Part shown: positions 50,765 through 64,000 of the stretch, in pieces | Position numbering within the stretch: the first letter of the stretch is position 1 | Layout of the letters: every line of letters begins with the position of its first letter | NCBI GenBank assembly: GCA_001949185.1 | Contig: BDGG01000001.1 | Span: forward strand, 8,155,067 to 8,219,066 | Source of the DNA: Ramazzottius varieornatus | Taxonomy: Eukaryota; Animalia; Tardigrada | Direction: 5' to 3' | DNA: 64,000 bases | Notes under the pieces: generated by a model | The model's database searches: none | The model's input: only the letters and a program-made list of their open reading frames with translations | What the model was told of the DNA's origin: nothing | Translations under genes and position numbers: made by a program

Positions 50765-53700
50765 ATGTCCGACGAATCGTTTAACCTAGAGTACGAAGCA
50801 GCTGGACAGTCGCATATCGAAGAAGTCCAGGATGATCTGGAGGAGAAAGTCGGAGAAGGTAAATCCTTGAAATTTTCAGATGACTGACATGGTGCTGAAT
50901 GCTGATGCTTTCCTTGCCTTGCAGGCGGAGAAAACGATGAGGAGAGTGCCGAGCCCGAATACGAAGTCGAGCGCATTTTGAGTCGCCGTCTTGTTGGGAA
51001 GCGGAAGACTGAGGAATACTTGGTCCGGTGGAAGGGATACGAAAGCGAAGACGACACCTGGGAGCCGAAAGAATCGTTAGATTGTCCAGATTTACTGAAG
51101 GCATTCCTCAAGGAACAAGCAGAGGCCTCAGGTGAGTGACCGTGAGTCGGTAGAGAGTAGAAGCGGATGATGGCAGTGCTCGAAAATGGACGAGAACATA
51201 CGTAAACGGGTACTGATGTTGCTGTTTCGTTTTCGAGACCGCTTGACTTGATTGGCTTATTGCTGTGGGCTGATTTGCGTAGAGTTGCAGTAGTGTGTCC
51301 CTACGCCGCAATCAAATCAAACACTGAGCGATATGTTCAATCAAGGAATTGATTGGAATCCAGAAATTCGGAGATGTTCGAACGTGTTTTGTTTCGTTGA
51401 AATTCGCTCAGGCTTAGTAACCGATCCTTTTGGTAACCGATCCCCTGGTGTTTGCAGACGGTGAAAGGGAGGAAGAGGAGGACGAGAAGACTGACGATGA
51501 CGTTGAAAACGCAGAAGAAGTTCCAGAAGGGAAATACGCGGTGGAGGGCATTCTCGATCGGCGAGTGCTGCCTAAGCTTGGTCGTCGTCGAAGCGCGGTG
51601 GTCGAATACCAAATCAAATGGAAAGGTAACCGCTTCACCGTTCTGCAAGATGTTTTGATACTATTCATGATCGGTTTGAAACTATACAGATTACGACGAG
51701 ACCACATGGGAGCCCGAGAAGAACCTGAACTGCGGGCAGTTACTGGAACGCTTCGCCAAAGACCATCCAGATTTGATGGCTGGTACGCCTTTGTTCTTTT
51801 GTTGTTGCAACCCTTTGACCTTTTGTGTTGTTTGTTCTTGCCGTTTTGTGTAGATTTGGCAGTGATGGTCAAAAATCCGGCTCGCCGTAGTCGAGCCTCG
51901 AATGGAACGATCAAGAAAGCCGCCGGTTCAGCCAAGAGAACGGAAACGGCTAACTCGCGCAGATCATCAAGGAAGGCACCTTATACCAACAGAAACTCCA
52001 CTCGGACGGCACAGGCTGCCCGACCACGCCAGCGAGTTCTCCAGAGAAACTCAGACGCGCGGCAAGAAGGTACATTTTGCAGCTCCGTTTTACAGCTTTG
52101 AGATTAGTGTTGTACATCCAGCAAGAAGCTCTTTTGAAGAAGGCTGAAGAAAATCAGTCAGAACTCGGAACTGTGGCGTACTCGTACAGTTGCACTCGAA
52201 GTCTCGAACGGTTAAAAGCGGATGCCGTCTGTGCCGCTTCTGGTGGTAAACCAGCGGGCGCTGGCGGTAACGCATGAGCCGTTATCGTGAGTAGGAGTTA
52301 CGCCGACTGATGGGGATAGTCGTACGACTTGCACCTACTGGGCTGTCAGTAATACAGTCCGGTCGCTCAAGAAGTGGACACCATTTTTCGAAAATCAAAG
52401 CAAACACAAGGGTGCTCGCCATAAGCACTTTTGATTGACTGTTCGTTCGTTCACGCAACAGAAGCAGCCTGTTGCATTCACTTTTTGTTCTCTGTCCAAA
52501 GTTCCAAACCTTGTCCTTCTTATCGCACCGAGTCTTCATCAGACAAGCATCGGACATTGGGATTGTGAAAGGATGGTCAGAGGTTGACGGCTTGACTATA
52601 CAGAATTGCTTCGGAAATTTAAGACTTCTCACATAGTGGAAAAGAAGTAGTTGATTTTCTCTCACATTGATTGTTGGTAGACTCTTGACGTCACCTCCTT
52701 CTGTTTTTGGCAAGCTTTACGGTAAATGTTTGACTCGTGAAGAATAAAAATGGAAGAAGGATGTCGACTTCTCGAGCGACCGGACTGTATATTGTTCCGC
52801 CCAGCTTCTTTCAATTTTTCACTTCCGCGCAGCTTCTTCCAGTTTCACAGATGATTACAAGGAAGCGTCTGACGCCGAGAATGTTCAGGAAGAAGACGAT
52901 AATGACGAGGTGAAAGAGCAGCAAGGCAGTGACACAGATGGCGATAACGAGGAGCCTTGCGAGTACGAAGTGGAAGAGGTGGTGGGTCGCCGGGAACGTG
53001 GTGCTAACCGGATGGTCGAGTACTGCCTGAAGTGGAAGAACTACAGGAAGACTAGCTGGGAGAAGGAGGAGAACCTGACGCATTGCATTGACTTGTTGCG
53101 TGAGTATGAGAAGGCTCGAAAAGAGAAAGGCATCAAGAACGACGATGACAATGATGGAGGTGGTGACGAGGACGACGAAGGCTACAGCCCGCCTCGGTCA
53201 GCTCGTCGTAAAGTTCCAGCCCGAAAGCAAGTCGGTGGAAGGCCACCGGTGAAGAAGCGAATGGCCACTACGCCAAACAAGGCAAGCTGTTGAAGGCAAA
53301 CTTAATCGACAAAGTTGTTTTTCCAAGTGGCGCATACTGTCAGCCAATTTCACTGTAAACGTGCCTTTCTTGGGAGAATAGTTTTGTAGATTTCGTTTCC
53401 CCAAGTCAAAAGTTGAGTTAGGTGGAAACGTTCCCGTAATTAATGATTAATGTTCGGTTGAAGGTGGCGAAGGGAGTGCCCCGCAAGTCCGTTAGAAGAC
53501 CAGCCAAGAAGGAGGCTGAAGAGGCTAGTGGAACTCTGTCCGAGTTCCTGACGGACTTTCGGGGTCAGCCGTTGCAGAAGGACAACGAGGCTGGTCCGTC
53601 AACGTCGAAACGGACTTCTCGATCGGCAGCGCGATCCACCTCTCGGGGAGCCTCACAGAATACTGCCAAGAAGCGAAAGACATACGATGAGCTGGGCAGC

Positions 53701-54472
53701 GCCGAAACGTCCAGTGCTGTCTATTCCAAAGGTGAGTCTTTCACTCTTTCTCCATGCTGGAATAAGTAAAACAGAGAACATCAACGAAGTCGACAAGATC
53801 GTTTTCACAAGGCACACGCTTCCATCCAACAAGAATGAAGGCGTGCGCCACTTGGCGAGATGGTCTTTTACGAGATTTGTTTTTGTTACCAAGTGGCGCA
53901 CTTTCTCGGTATGATTGGATAGTGGAAGAAGAACGATCGTGTCGAGGCTGTTTGGTTAGCTCATAAACGTCAGCATTATATTTTCTGGTTGTTTTCAGTG
54001 CTTCCGGTTTTCCTGATGAAAGGCAGCAGAGTTCTGTCCAGGCGAAGCTGGAAGTTCATGCCGACGGACGTGGATGACTGGTCGTTCCTGGATGTCAAGA
54101 ATTTCGCTGACGAGGAGGAAGCCGTGCGCGTCTTGGGCAAGGGGAACTTTGATGGCTTTGATGAAACCTTCTACATCATCGTTCAAGGTGCGGCTCCCAA
54201 TCTGTACATGGGCGTTACAAGCAGGTTCTTGGAGCGTGAGTTTCCCAACACGTTCAAGCACCATCAAGAAGTGGGAACCTTTGAGGATGATGACGAGAAC
54301 GACAAAGTATGGTAAAGCTCCGCACTTCGACTCGTTCTTTTTCTTACAATGTTCGTTGTTTTCAGGACGAAGGAGATCACACCCAGAACAGTTCGGATAT
54401 TTCAGTGAGCTTTGCTCTCTCTCGGTAAATTGGCTTGTTACTGATGAGTTTATTCTATTTCAGATGGAGTAA
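50765..54472 (+). CDS. HP1-like protein with three chromodomains and a divergent chromoshadow-like C-terminus
   Basis: CD1 EYEVERIL..YLVRWKGY..DTWEP; CD2 KYAVEGIL..YQIKWKDY..TWEP; CD3 EYEVEEVV..YCLKWKNY..SWEK; acidic linkers, basic hinge; last exons 54366-54404 and 54464-54472 predicted. Confidence 0.85.
52355..52787. mobile_element. Tc1/mariner-type MITE (same CAGTCCGGTCGCTC terminus as 39896)
   Basis: TA-CAGTCCGGTCGCTCAAGAAGTGGACA ... TGTCGACTTCTCGAGCGACCGGACTG-TA in a chromo-gene intron. Confidence 0.8.
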
Positions 54473-55159
54473 ATCCGCGGTGGATTTGGAACTTGAAAGA
54501 TTCTTCTTTTTTTCGCAATAAATTCTTTTGTACGAGTACACGTGGCCGACTCCTTTGTTTGTGCGGTGGTTTTCGGAGCGTTTTTGGTACATTTTTTCCA
54601 TCTTCTTTAAATTTTTAGACTTGAGTAGTTTGCAGCAAACTCCTGTTTCTGAAAATAGTGGGGTGGCTTGACAAGCTGACGAATCTAGCTACTCTTTTCT
54701 CTCCTTGTTCCCGGCAGTGGGTCTGTTCGATAAAACAATGTCTTCCTAGTTACACTGGGTTTGTTTCCCGTCAAAGTCAGTCAGGTTTTCAGTTTGTTTT
54801 TTTCGTGGTTTAGCAACGTGATCAGTTCTCTTCCGCGCACTTGAGTTGGACAGCCCCACACCGTGAGGTAACCCTACCCTGATTTACATGCGCAAGACGT
54901 CGTGGACCCCACCGGAAAACAGTGCCCCAAGTATGACGTCAGTGCGCAACAAGTCTGTGAACTTGAAAACAAATGTCTGACGTCAGGATACTCGTAACAA
55001 AGGCAATCAGCTGTTGCTCGTTGATCAGCTGATTTTTTGCTGGATGCGATCTACTTTCCTTTCGTTAGTCGTTACATTGCTTTCCCCTCAACCTTTTTTT
55101 CAGGCTTCACAATATTTCCACTGCGTACTCCCTGCTTTGTTTCTCAACATTTAGGTTGA

Positions 55160-56501
<1,342 letters not shown>

Positions 56502-57082
56502 CTTGTCCTAATCCTGATGAAGCTCTCGTTCCTCAGACCAATTTACAAAAGTGCCCCTTCTTCCCGCTCAACGATTCTAGAGTTTCCTCCTCGACCTCCC
56601 CAGTCGTCCACAGTCCTTCTTAAGTTTTTTCCTGCGGATATTTTGTCGATTTGTACAGTTCAAACTCAGGAGACTTACAGAGTTACCCTTTGTGTTTAAA
56701 AAATAATAACAACATTATTGTTATTTTTCAAACTTTCAAAGGTTTATACAGTGAATAAATAACGAGAAAGGATGATCGCAGAAAAGCTGCGATGGACATA
56801 AAAAACACACACTTCCGTTTCATTTCGAACACAAACAGAAATCAATCAAAGGTCGGAAGGAAAAACAACGCATTTCCAAAATTTCAAAACAAGAAAATAG
56901 AGGTACATAATCAACAAGAGAAACGACAAGAAGGAGCCTTTCTGGGTCCAGCCCTTGGAAAACAATGGCACACACCAGTAATAATAAAAGTAGTTGTCAA
57001 AATTCAAAGATAATAAAAATCTGCCTTTTGGGCATACTTTGTCTTTTGGACGTTTTACTTTCCTGTCATGGAATCCCTTCTC

Positions 57083-60000
57083 TCATATGCGTTCTTTGGA
57101 GGGTACCCAAGCTTTCTCTGCGCTTTCCCGCTTGATGATGTCTTTGACGCGCGAGTAGATCTCTTCGGGAGTGTCGCCAGTGACGACGGCTGTGAAGCAG
57201 TGGCCAAACTCCTTTTCCAGTTTGGCGCACTTGTCGAAGCTGCGCTGAGCTTCCACCTCAGTCATTCTTCTGCTCATTTCCAGGATGGAGTCCACCGACT
57301 TTGGCTTGATGTAGATCACAATGGGGAAGAGGTTGTTGGCGCGCAGGCGACGGACGGCGGCTCCACTCACGTCCAAGACACAGTGCTTTCCCTGTCCAAG
57401 AAAATTCACGTTAAAAATCCGAATTTTCGGCCGAATTCACACCTCAATTTTTACTATTCTCGAAAAACTCATCCGCGAACTTTTCATATGATAGCGAACA
57501 ACTCACCGGTCGACAAACAAGCCCTACGACATTGTTTTACCATGTGGTGCACGTTTCGGTATTGCTGGCTGAAAGCGTGCGCCACTTGGAATGACGATCT
57601 TGTCCAGTTTGATCGTCTTTCCAAAATGGCGCACCTATCCATCAGTACTGGCTGATAGCATGCGCCACTCGGAAAAACATTCTTGCCGAGTTTGTTTGCC
57701 GAGCTTCCACGTCGAATTTCGAAAGTTCACAACGTTAGGTACCTGTTCAGCGACTTCCTTGACGGCGGCCACACTCGTGCCGTACAAGTTATCACTAAAC
57801 TGTCCGGCTTCGATGAAGAGACCAGCTTGAATGTCGCGCTCCATCTGCTCGCGAGATTCCACAAAATGGTAATCGCGGCCGGAAACTGCAGAATGAGGAG
57901 AAAAATAATAAAGTCTTTACCACGCTAGTTGGGTTCGCGCGTTCAGAAAGCCCGGCCAAAAGACTGTGACTAGGGCAGCGACTTACCTTCGTTCTCGCGT
58001 CTGAACCTTGTGGTATGAGGCACACAGGAAGCAAAGGTATCAGGGAACTCTGCTATCAGGTCGTCGCTAATCCGATCCTTCAGCGGTCCCATCACTATGA
58101 CAGGCCGAACGTACCTGAGACGTTCAAAGGCAACAGGCTCATACGAATGTATCGTCTCTTCCGGTCCTACAAAGCAAAACAACGTTACAGATAAAGTCAA
58201 ACGAAAACCATCCCAATCGTGATAGAGACAAAAATCCATGCTTTTCTCACGTTGCAGCCCATTGACGCAACGTAAGAAAAGCGTGTTCTGAAGATGGTTT
58301 CTACGGCTGGGAAACATCTGATTGGAACTTACGGTCCGATTCGCTCGTGTCATCTCCGCTATGTTCCTTCCCGCCTTTGAAGAAGGTAAACTTTTTGGCG
58401 CCGTTCTTATCTTTGTCCTTTTCCTTCTTCTTCCCAGTGAACCTGTCGAGAGTGCTTGTGCTGGCTGATTTGTTGTGCGAGTCGTTAGGTTCGAATTTGA
58501 CGGATTTGAGGCGAGCGCGTTCTTTCCTTTCATATCTGAGATTGAAATCACATGCAAATGAGACAGAAGGACGATTGATTGTGTCAGAGGACAGATGGTG
58601 ACGTACCTCTGTCTTGAGGGAATAATTCCCAGGCCTTCCTCGACACCATCAGCGTTAATCCTCTTGGCCTGCCACCATTCATCGTCGCTGGCGTTCGTCA
58701 CATGCAAAACGTCGCCGATGCAGAACGGCAATCCGCGACTTGGTAAGCCGCTGTCTTTCGACGGATCGTAATCGAATTGAGCTCTGCAAACACAGACGGA
58801 AATTAGTTGCAAATCACATAACTTTAAAAGCAGCGCATGGGAAACTCAGTAGACAAACTCGACAAGACCATTTTCCAAGTGGCGCACACTTCCAGCCGAA
58901 AGCGCCGTGACAGTACGCTACTTGAGAAAACAATTCCATCAAGTTTGTGTTTTCAAGTGGGGCACACTTCTATCCAGTAATACCGAGAAAGTGCGCCACT
59001 TGGGAAAGCAATCCAGCTTGACCAGATCGTTTTCCAAGTGGCTCACGCTTCCAGCCAACAATAAAAAAAGTTTGCGCCACTCGGGAAAAAGTTTTTGCCG
59101 AGCTCGTCGAGTTTCGAAACGGAGCTATGAAATCACGGACAAGCACCAGATGCACTTCAACCAATTTAAAATCCGAAACATGGAGATGCGCCTACCTGAC
59201 GTAGAGTGTGCGCTTCATGGAAGGACGAAGACTTCCGGTGCTGGCATTGATCATTCTCTCCTTAATTTCCTGGATCTTATCCTCGAATATCTGATATTCT
59301 GCAAGGAATCAAAAACTACTTATTAGAATCGACTTCTCATCGAAAGATGACCGAAAATCCGGCTCAACATAACAGGGTTAGACTAAAGCCTGGTCTATCG
59401 CGAAACTGACCGGTTATTCCGGCAGATGACGTAAAATAATAATAATTATCAGTAAGTATTCAAGCCGCTCATGTTTCGCACTGGTAATAAATGGGTCAAA
59501 ACGCTTGTAGAGCTGCTCAAAAATGCACGACCAAACCACAACTTGTACCAGATACACGTGATTCCACACTAAAGGACCATCAAACATTTTCGTAGAAACA
59601 TACCGCAATGAATTATAATCAACAATCATCCTCCCGAAAATTTTCCTGCCAATTCCTCAAAGGCACTATCCAAACCTGGAAACTTCATTTCAACGAAGGT
59701 CTGGCTGTCAGAATATCACAGCAAGCAACTGAATACAAGGCTGCAGATTCGGGTGTCTCAGTATCCCCACTTCCTGCTTCGCATCGAAAAGGACGTCAAG
59801 CAAAATGCTCGGAATGAAGTGATGATCTCTTCATTTTGCACTTGTAAAAGCGAAGAGATCAGCTCGTTGAATCAATAGAAAGCATCCTTGCACATTCATT
59901 TACGGCGTAATTAAATTACGAGGGATGCATAATGCAATCTTGGTAAACGGCCCGAACGTCGAGCATTCACTCAACATGCCCTGTAAATCATCGCTTCTCG

Positions 60001-63000
60001 TACAGTGTAGTCATCCTCAATGCTTTATGCATCGACCACTGTCTTCCTTCCTCACCACGGTGGCACTGACAAACATTAAACTTCACTACTGTGCACTAAA
60101 CTCAAGCTGTATGCAACTTCCGTGAGTGAACCGCGCTGTCAAACGCGCAAATACCGCCCCGGTCCGAAACCCCACGGACTAGTCATGCTTTTCCACGTCA
60201 TACTCTCATGTTATCGCACTTCATCATTACGAGGCGAAAGCATGGTTTTCGGGTCAGACTTCCCACCGGGTGCCTAGCAGAGCAAAGCGAAAGTGGTATT
60301 AACAGCTGGAGGGGATTGTTTGCTGCGTCTAGCTTTTGAAGATTGTCGCTTCCATTGGGCAGATTGTTTACGTAATACGCCAGAGAGACTCCTCACCAAA
60401 GTTGACTTCCATTTCATCTCAACTGTCTGTCGGCAGCCCGCGTCACACTTGCCTTCACCCGATATTACATCCTCATTCAAAAATTTCCCAGTGCATTTTT
60501 CGATGCTCTTTCCTCCAGACATGCGCCACTGATGACTCCGATATCGATCTCACTACTTCAACTCCCTTTATGCTTCTTGATGAGCACAGGGCCGTGGCAA
60601 ACTCCTCGCACACTCTTCCTCTCAAGTTCGAACTGCAAATTCTAACCCACACTTTCTTCGTCTGCGCAAGTCATTAGTAGTCTCACGCTTTTAGAGAGCT
60701 TAACCTTATGACACCATGTCCATGCGCGAGATCGTCGAGATCATTTTCCCCCAAGTGGCGCACACTGCCAGTTAACACCAACCGCGTGCACCATTTGAAA
60801 ACATGATCCTGACGAATATGTTTTTCCAAGTGGCGCGCTTTGTCTCTGTCTTAGTATAATAGCCGGCGCCACTTTGAAATACAGTCTTGTGGAGTAATGA
60901 GTCCCTGGCCTGTGTCCCAGTCCGCTTTTTACTGGGGCCAACACAGTTCACTGCGCTTTGATCCTATACGTCGCTCAAGCCTAACCCTACCGCACAAGCT
61001 ACAATGAGGAGTTGGATAGACTTACCTTCCGGTCGATACTGCGCCACAATAGTCACCAGGTTCCCCGCTCCTTTCAAGGCTTCGGCGGCATCCTGCAAAA
61101 GAAGCAGCCTAGTCTTCACTTCTTCCTCGAAACTCGACTGTAACCCTACAAGTTAACGACGAGGAAGCCAAGAAGAAAAACACAATCATGTGTACCTCGT
61201 GCGAAGCGTGCTTGATGTTGATTCCATTGACGCTGATAATTCGATCACCTGGAAGGGAAAAAAGGTCTCTTCGTTCAGCTCTCTGACAACAGAAGTCATC
61301 ACGAGCGACTTTTGACAAACTGTACTCTGGAAAAAAGAGGCAAAGAAAGGATAAAGGTACCTCGTTTCAGCTGTCCATTGAGGTCGCAACTTCCGCCTGG
61401 GATAATGTAGGAGATGTAGATGCCTTCCCCTTCCTCTCCCCCGACGATATTAAACCCTAGACCGCCCGGACCTTTCGTCAACACGACAGTTCGAAGCTCC
61501 CTGCAACACAGAACAATATTCCCATGATACCTATCGAAAAGAAAACACTTTGGCAAGATTCCCCCAGTAGACGGGTAACACCGGATGGTTTTTCGAAGTG
61601 GCGCATAGGCTGAGCCAAAATTAATGAAACTTTCCGCCACTTGAAATAACAATCTCTATCAATTTATTTACCCACGTCCCAATTCTTTCTGACGTTTTTC
61701 CATCTAATGTTCATTTCGGATAATTGGAATCCGATTTTTGTTTCCGATTTATAGAAAGATAACCAAATTATTTTTCCAGATTTTATCACCTGGAAGGTTC
61801 TCCTTGGTCCTCGTTGGAGTCGGTGGAGGCGACCGGTGCTTTGTAGACGGGCATCTCGGTGGTGTCGCTTCGTTCGCTCCTGGTTCCCGGTGTAGGACTT
61901 CGTTCGTTACGGCCTCGTTGAGCAGGTGAATCGAAGGCAAAGTTGCTGGAGGAGGGATAGCGTTGAGCAGGCGAGTCGCGACGGATAGGACCATCGAGTC
62001 CATCCGCGAGGCCACTATGTGCCACCAAGGACGGTGTGGAGCTGCTGACGATCCCTTCGCTCCACGATTCCGGAAGGGTGGCGGCACGCTCGACATGCAG
62101 CGTCACCGTCTCTCCGGTCGACTTTAGGACGTTGACGGCAAAGTCATGCTGACAGTTCCGCACGTCGGTTTCTCCTACCTGTCAAATTCACAACAATAAA
62201 CATCAGAATTCGCTTTACTGCTCAGAGACATGTTCCCCGAATCTCCGAAGGAATTCCCTTGCAAGAAAGCCATTGGGGAGCTCGGCAGACAAACTCGCTT
62301 AGATAATTTTCTCCAGTGGCGCAAGTTTTCAGCGTTTCTGGTTGACAGCCTGCGCCACTTGAAGAAAACAATCTTCTCGAGCTTGTTTGCCTACTGTGAG
62401 TCCCACCTGAAAACTACTGGACTTCTGCACGATCGTTTAGAGACGCACTGATAAAGACAAGCTACTTCTGTCTTCGCCGAAAGCAATCAACAGAACTTCC
62501 GGCAGAAATACGGCCGGTGAAATCGCTGAAGGTGATTTCCCCCGAAGACGCATAAACAACAATCAAAAGAATAATGTCCAGAATGACGTTCGGCAACTCG
62601 CGAAACGCCAAAGCTCGAGAAATAAAATGAAATTTTACAGCCAATTTTGAGAACTGTCGCGCGGAATGATTTCTCGGTAGGAAATATTTGGAATGGAAAA
62701 TGTGCGAGGAAGTGTCGAGTGAAAGATTTACTCACCGCCAGAATTTTGTCCTCGACCTGTAGTCTGCCATCTACCCAAGCAGCTCCGCCTTCGACAATCT
62801 TGGTGATAAAAATGCCATTATCGCCCAGGACGTGCTGATTACCAATTCCACCAGCAATGCTAATACCCAAACCTAAACACCAACAAGCAAACCAACCTTT
62901 AACCCTTTCACCAACAAGTGCAAACAGCCAATTTGTTCCACCGTGAGTGTTCAGATTTCTTCATCAGCCCAGAATTCCCAGCGAGGCAAACAGGAGCTCG

Positions 63001-63856
63001 GCAAACAAACTCGGCTGGGTTTATCCTCCCAAGTGGCGCACGTTTCCCATATCCCTTGCTGGAAGCGTGCTCCACTATGAAAACGCCGATCTTGTCGAGT
63101 TTATATGTAATGGTTTTAATTTTGAAAAAGCTTCTTTTCGCTGGATGATTTACCCTTTCTGGAGAATCTCATTCGGTGTATGGTGTGAAGAGCTATTTCG
63201 AAGACTTTTTCCATGGTAGTAAACACGCCATGAAATTTACATACGGTACCTCGATTGCCTTTGACAATGTCAAAGCGCATCTTCTGGGGCTTTCTTCGCT
63301 TGATGCGTAGCGTCAGGATGTTGCCTGCTCGTCGAAGAGCGGCGACAGCCACTTCGTGGTCGACATCAACGACGGCATCATCGTTGATCTGCAGTACCGT
63401 GTCACCGACCTGAAGAACTCTTCGCTAAGCGAGAGAAACATCGAACAAAGAAAAAAGAGCGAGACCTTACTTTAAGCCGCCCATCTAATTGCGCCGCTCC
63501 GCCCTCGATGATCTTGCTGATGTAGATGGAGGGATCGTTGTCGACGTGTGGATTATCGTTTCCGCCAGAGATGGAAAAGCCCAAGCCCGTTGCACCCTGA
63601 CGAGAACAAATTCCCTTTATTCACTTAAGCTTTGCTCCCTTCATCAGCAAGCTCAATCAATACCAATCATCACGGCAGGGAAGACGGAAGACTTGCTACA
63701 AAGTGATCCAGAGTTACTCACGCGCTCCAGAATAATCTCTTGGTATTCAAAGTCCGAGCCGGAAGCTGCAGCGTCAAGTGCTGCTTGACTGGTTGCTGTT
63801 GCTGGCACAGTATCCCCAAAGGAGTTGAATGAAGAGCGACTGGGCCGCTGACTTGC
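57083..63856 (-). CDS. dlg1: Discs large MAGUK (PDZ1-3, SH3, guanylate kinase); 5' end outside the window
   Basis: [102 protein letters not shown]. Confidence 0.96.
58839..59110. repeat. GTGGCGCAC palindrome family, 3 tandem units, dlg1 intron
   Basis: GGGAAACTCAGTAGACAAACTCGACAAGACC..three arm pairs..TTGCCGAGCTC. Confidence 0.85.
62275..62404. repeat. GTGGCGCAC palindrome family, single full unit, dlg1 intron
   Basis: GGGGAGCTCGGCAGACAAACTC..CAGTGGCGCA..TGCGCCACTT..CGAGCTTGTTTGCC..TCCC. Confidence 0.8.
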
Positions 63857-64000
63857 CTAAAACAACCACAGAAACGTAACTCAATTAACAGGTCGTGTTC
63901 ACCGCACGGCGCGCCACAACAAACACATGGCGTCACCACCACATGACATGCTTTGAGTGGTACAACCAAGCATGCACCGTTGAAAGCCAGCATTGATTAC

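Overview
Eukaryotic (animal) genomic DNA with compact genes, GT-AG introns mostly 55-100 nt long and roughly balanced GC. The Dusky-type ZP genes, the style of the GPCR and the compactness suggest an ecdysozoan, probably a tardigrade such as Ramazzottius (inference, not proven). Bases 1-17.5 kb are a transposon graveyard. It holds TA-flanked MITEs, a KDZ-type transposase relic and a decayed minus-strand frame with alphavirus-like SF1 helicase motifs. It also holds a FLYWCH-MULE (Phantom-like) element, a non-autonomous copy of that element, a Tc4/Tc5-type element nested in the MULE, and a disrupted GPCR. Bases 17.8-64 kb are gene-dense: GNPAT, HGD, an orphan ORF, a tandem mariner-HTH protein, Rab6, a self-nested hAT pair around a sequence gap, short RPAP2/Rtr1, two Dusky-like ZP genes flanking QTRT1, AMPK-gamma, a triple-chromodomain HP1-like gene, MOSPD1 and the 3' part of dlg1. 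The most pervasive unexplained signal is a modular palindrome (AAGTGGCGCAC-N~25-GTGCGCCACTT) at about 28 loci, about 25 of them inside introns.
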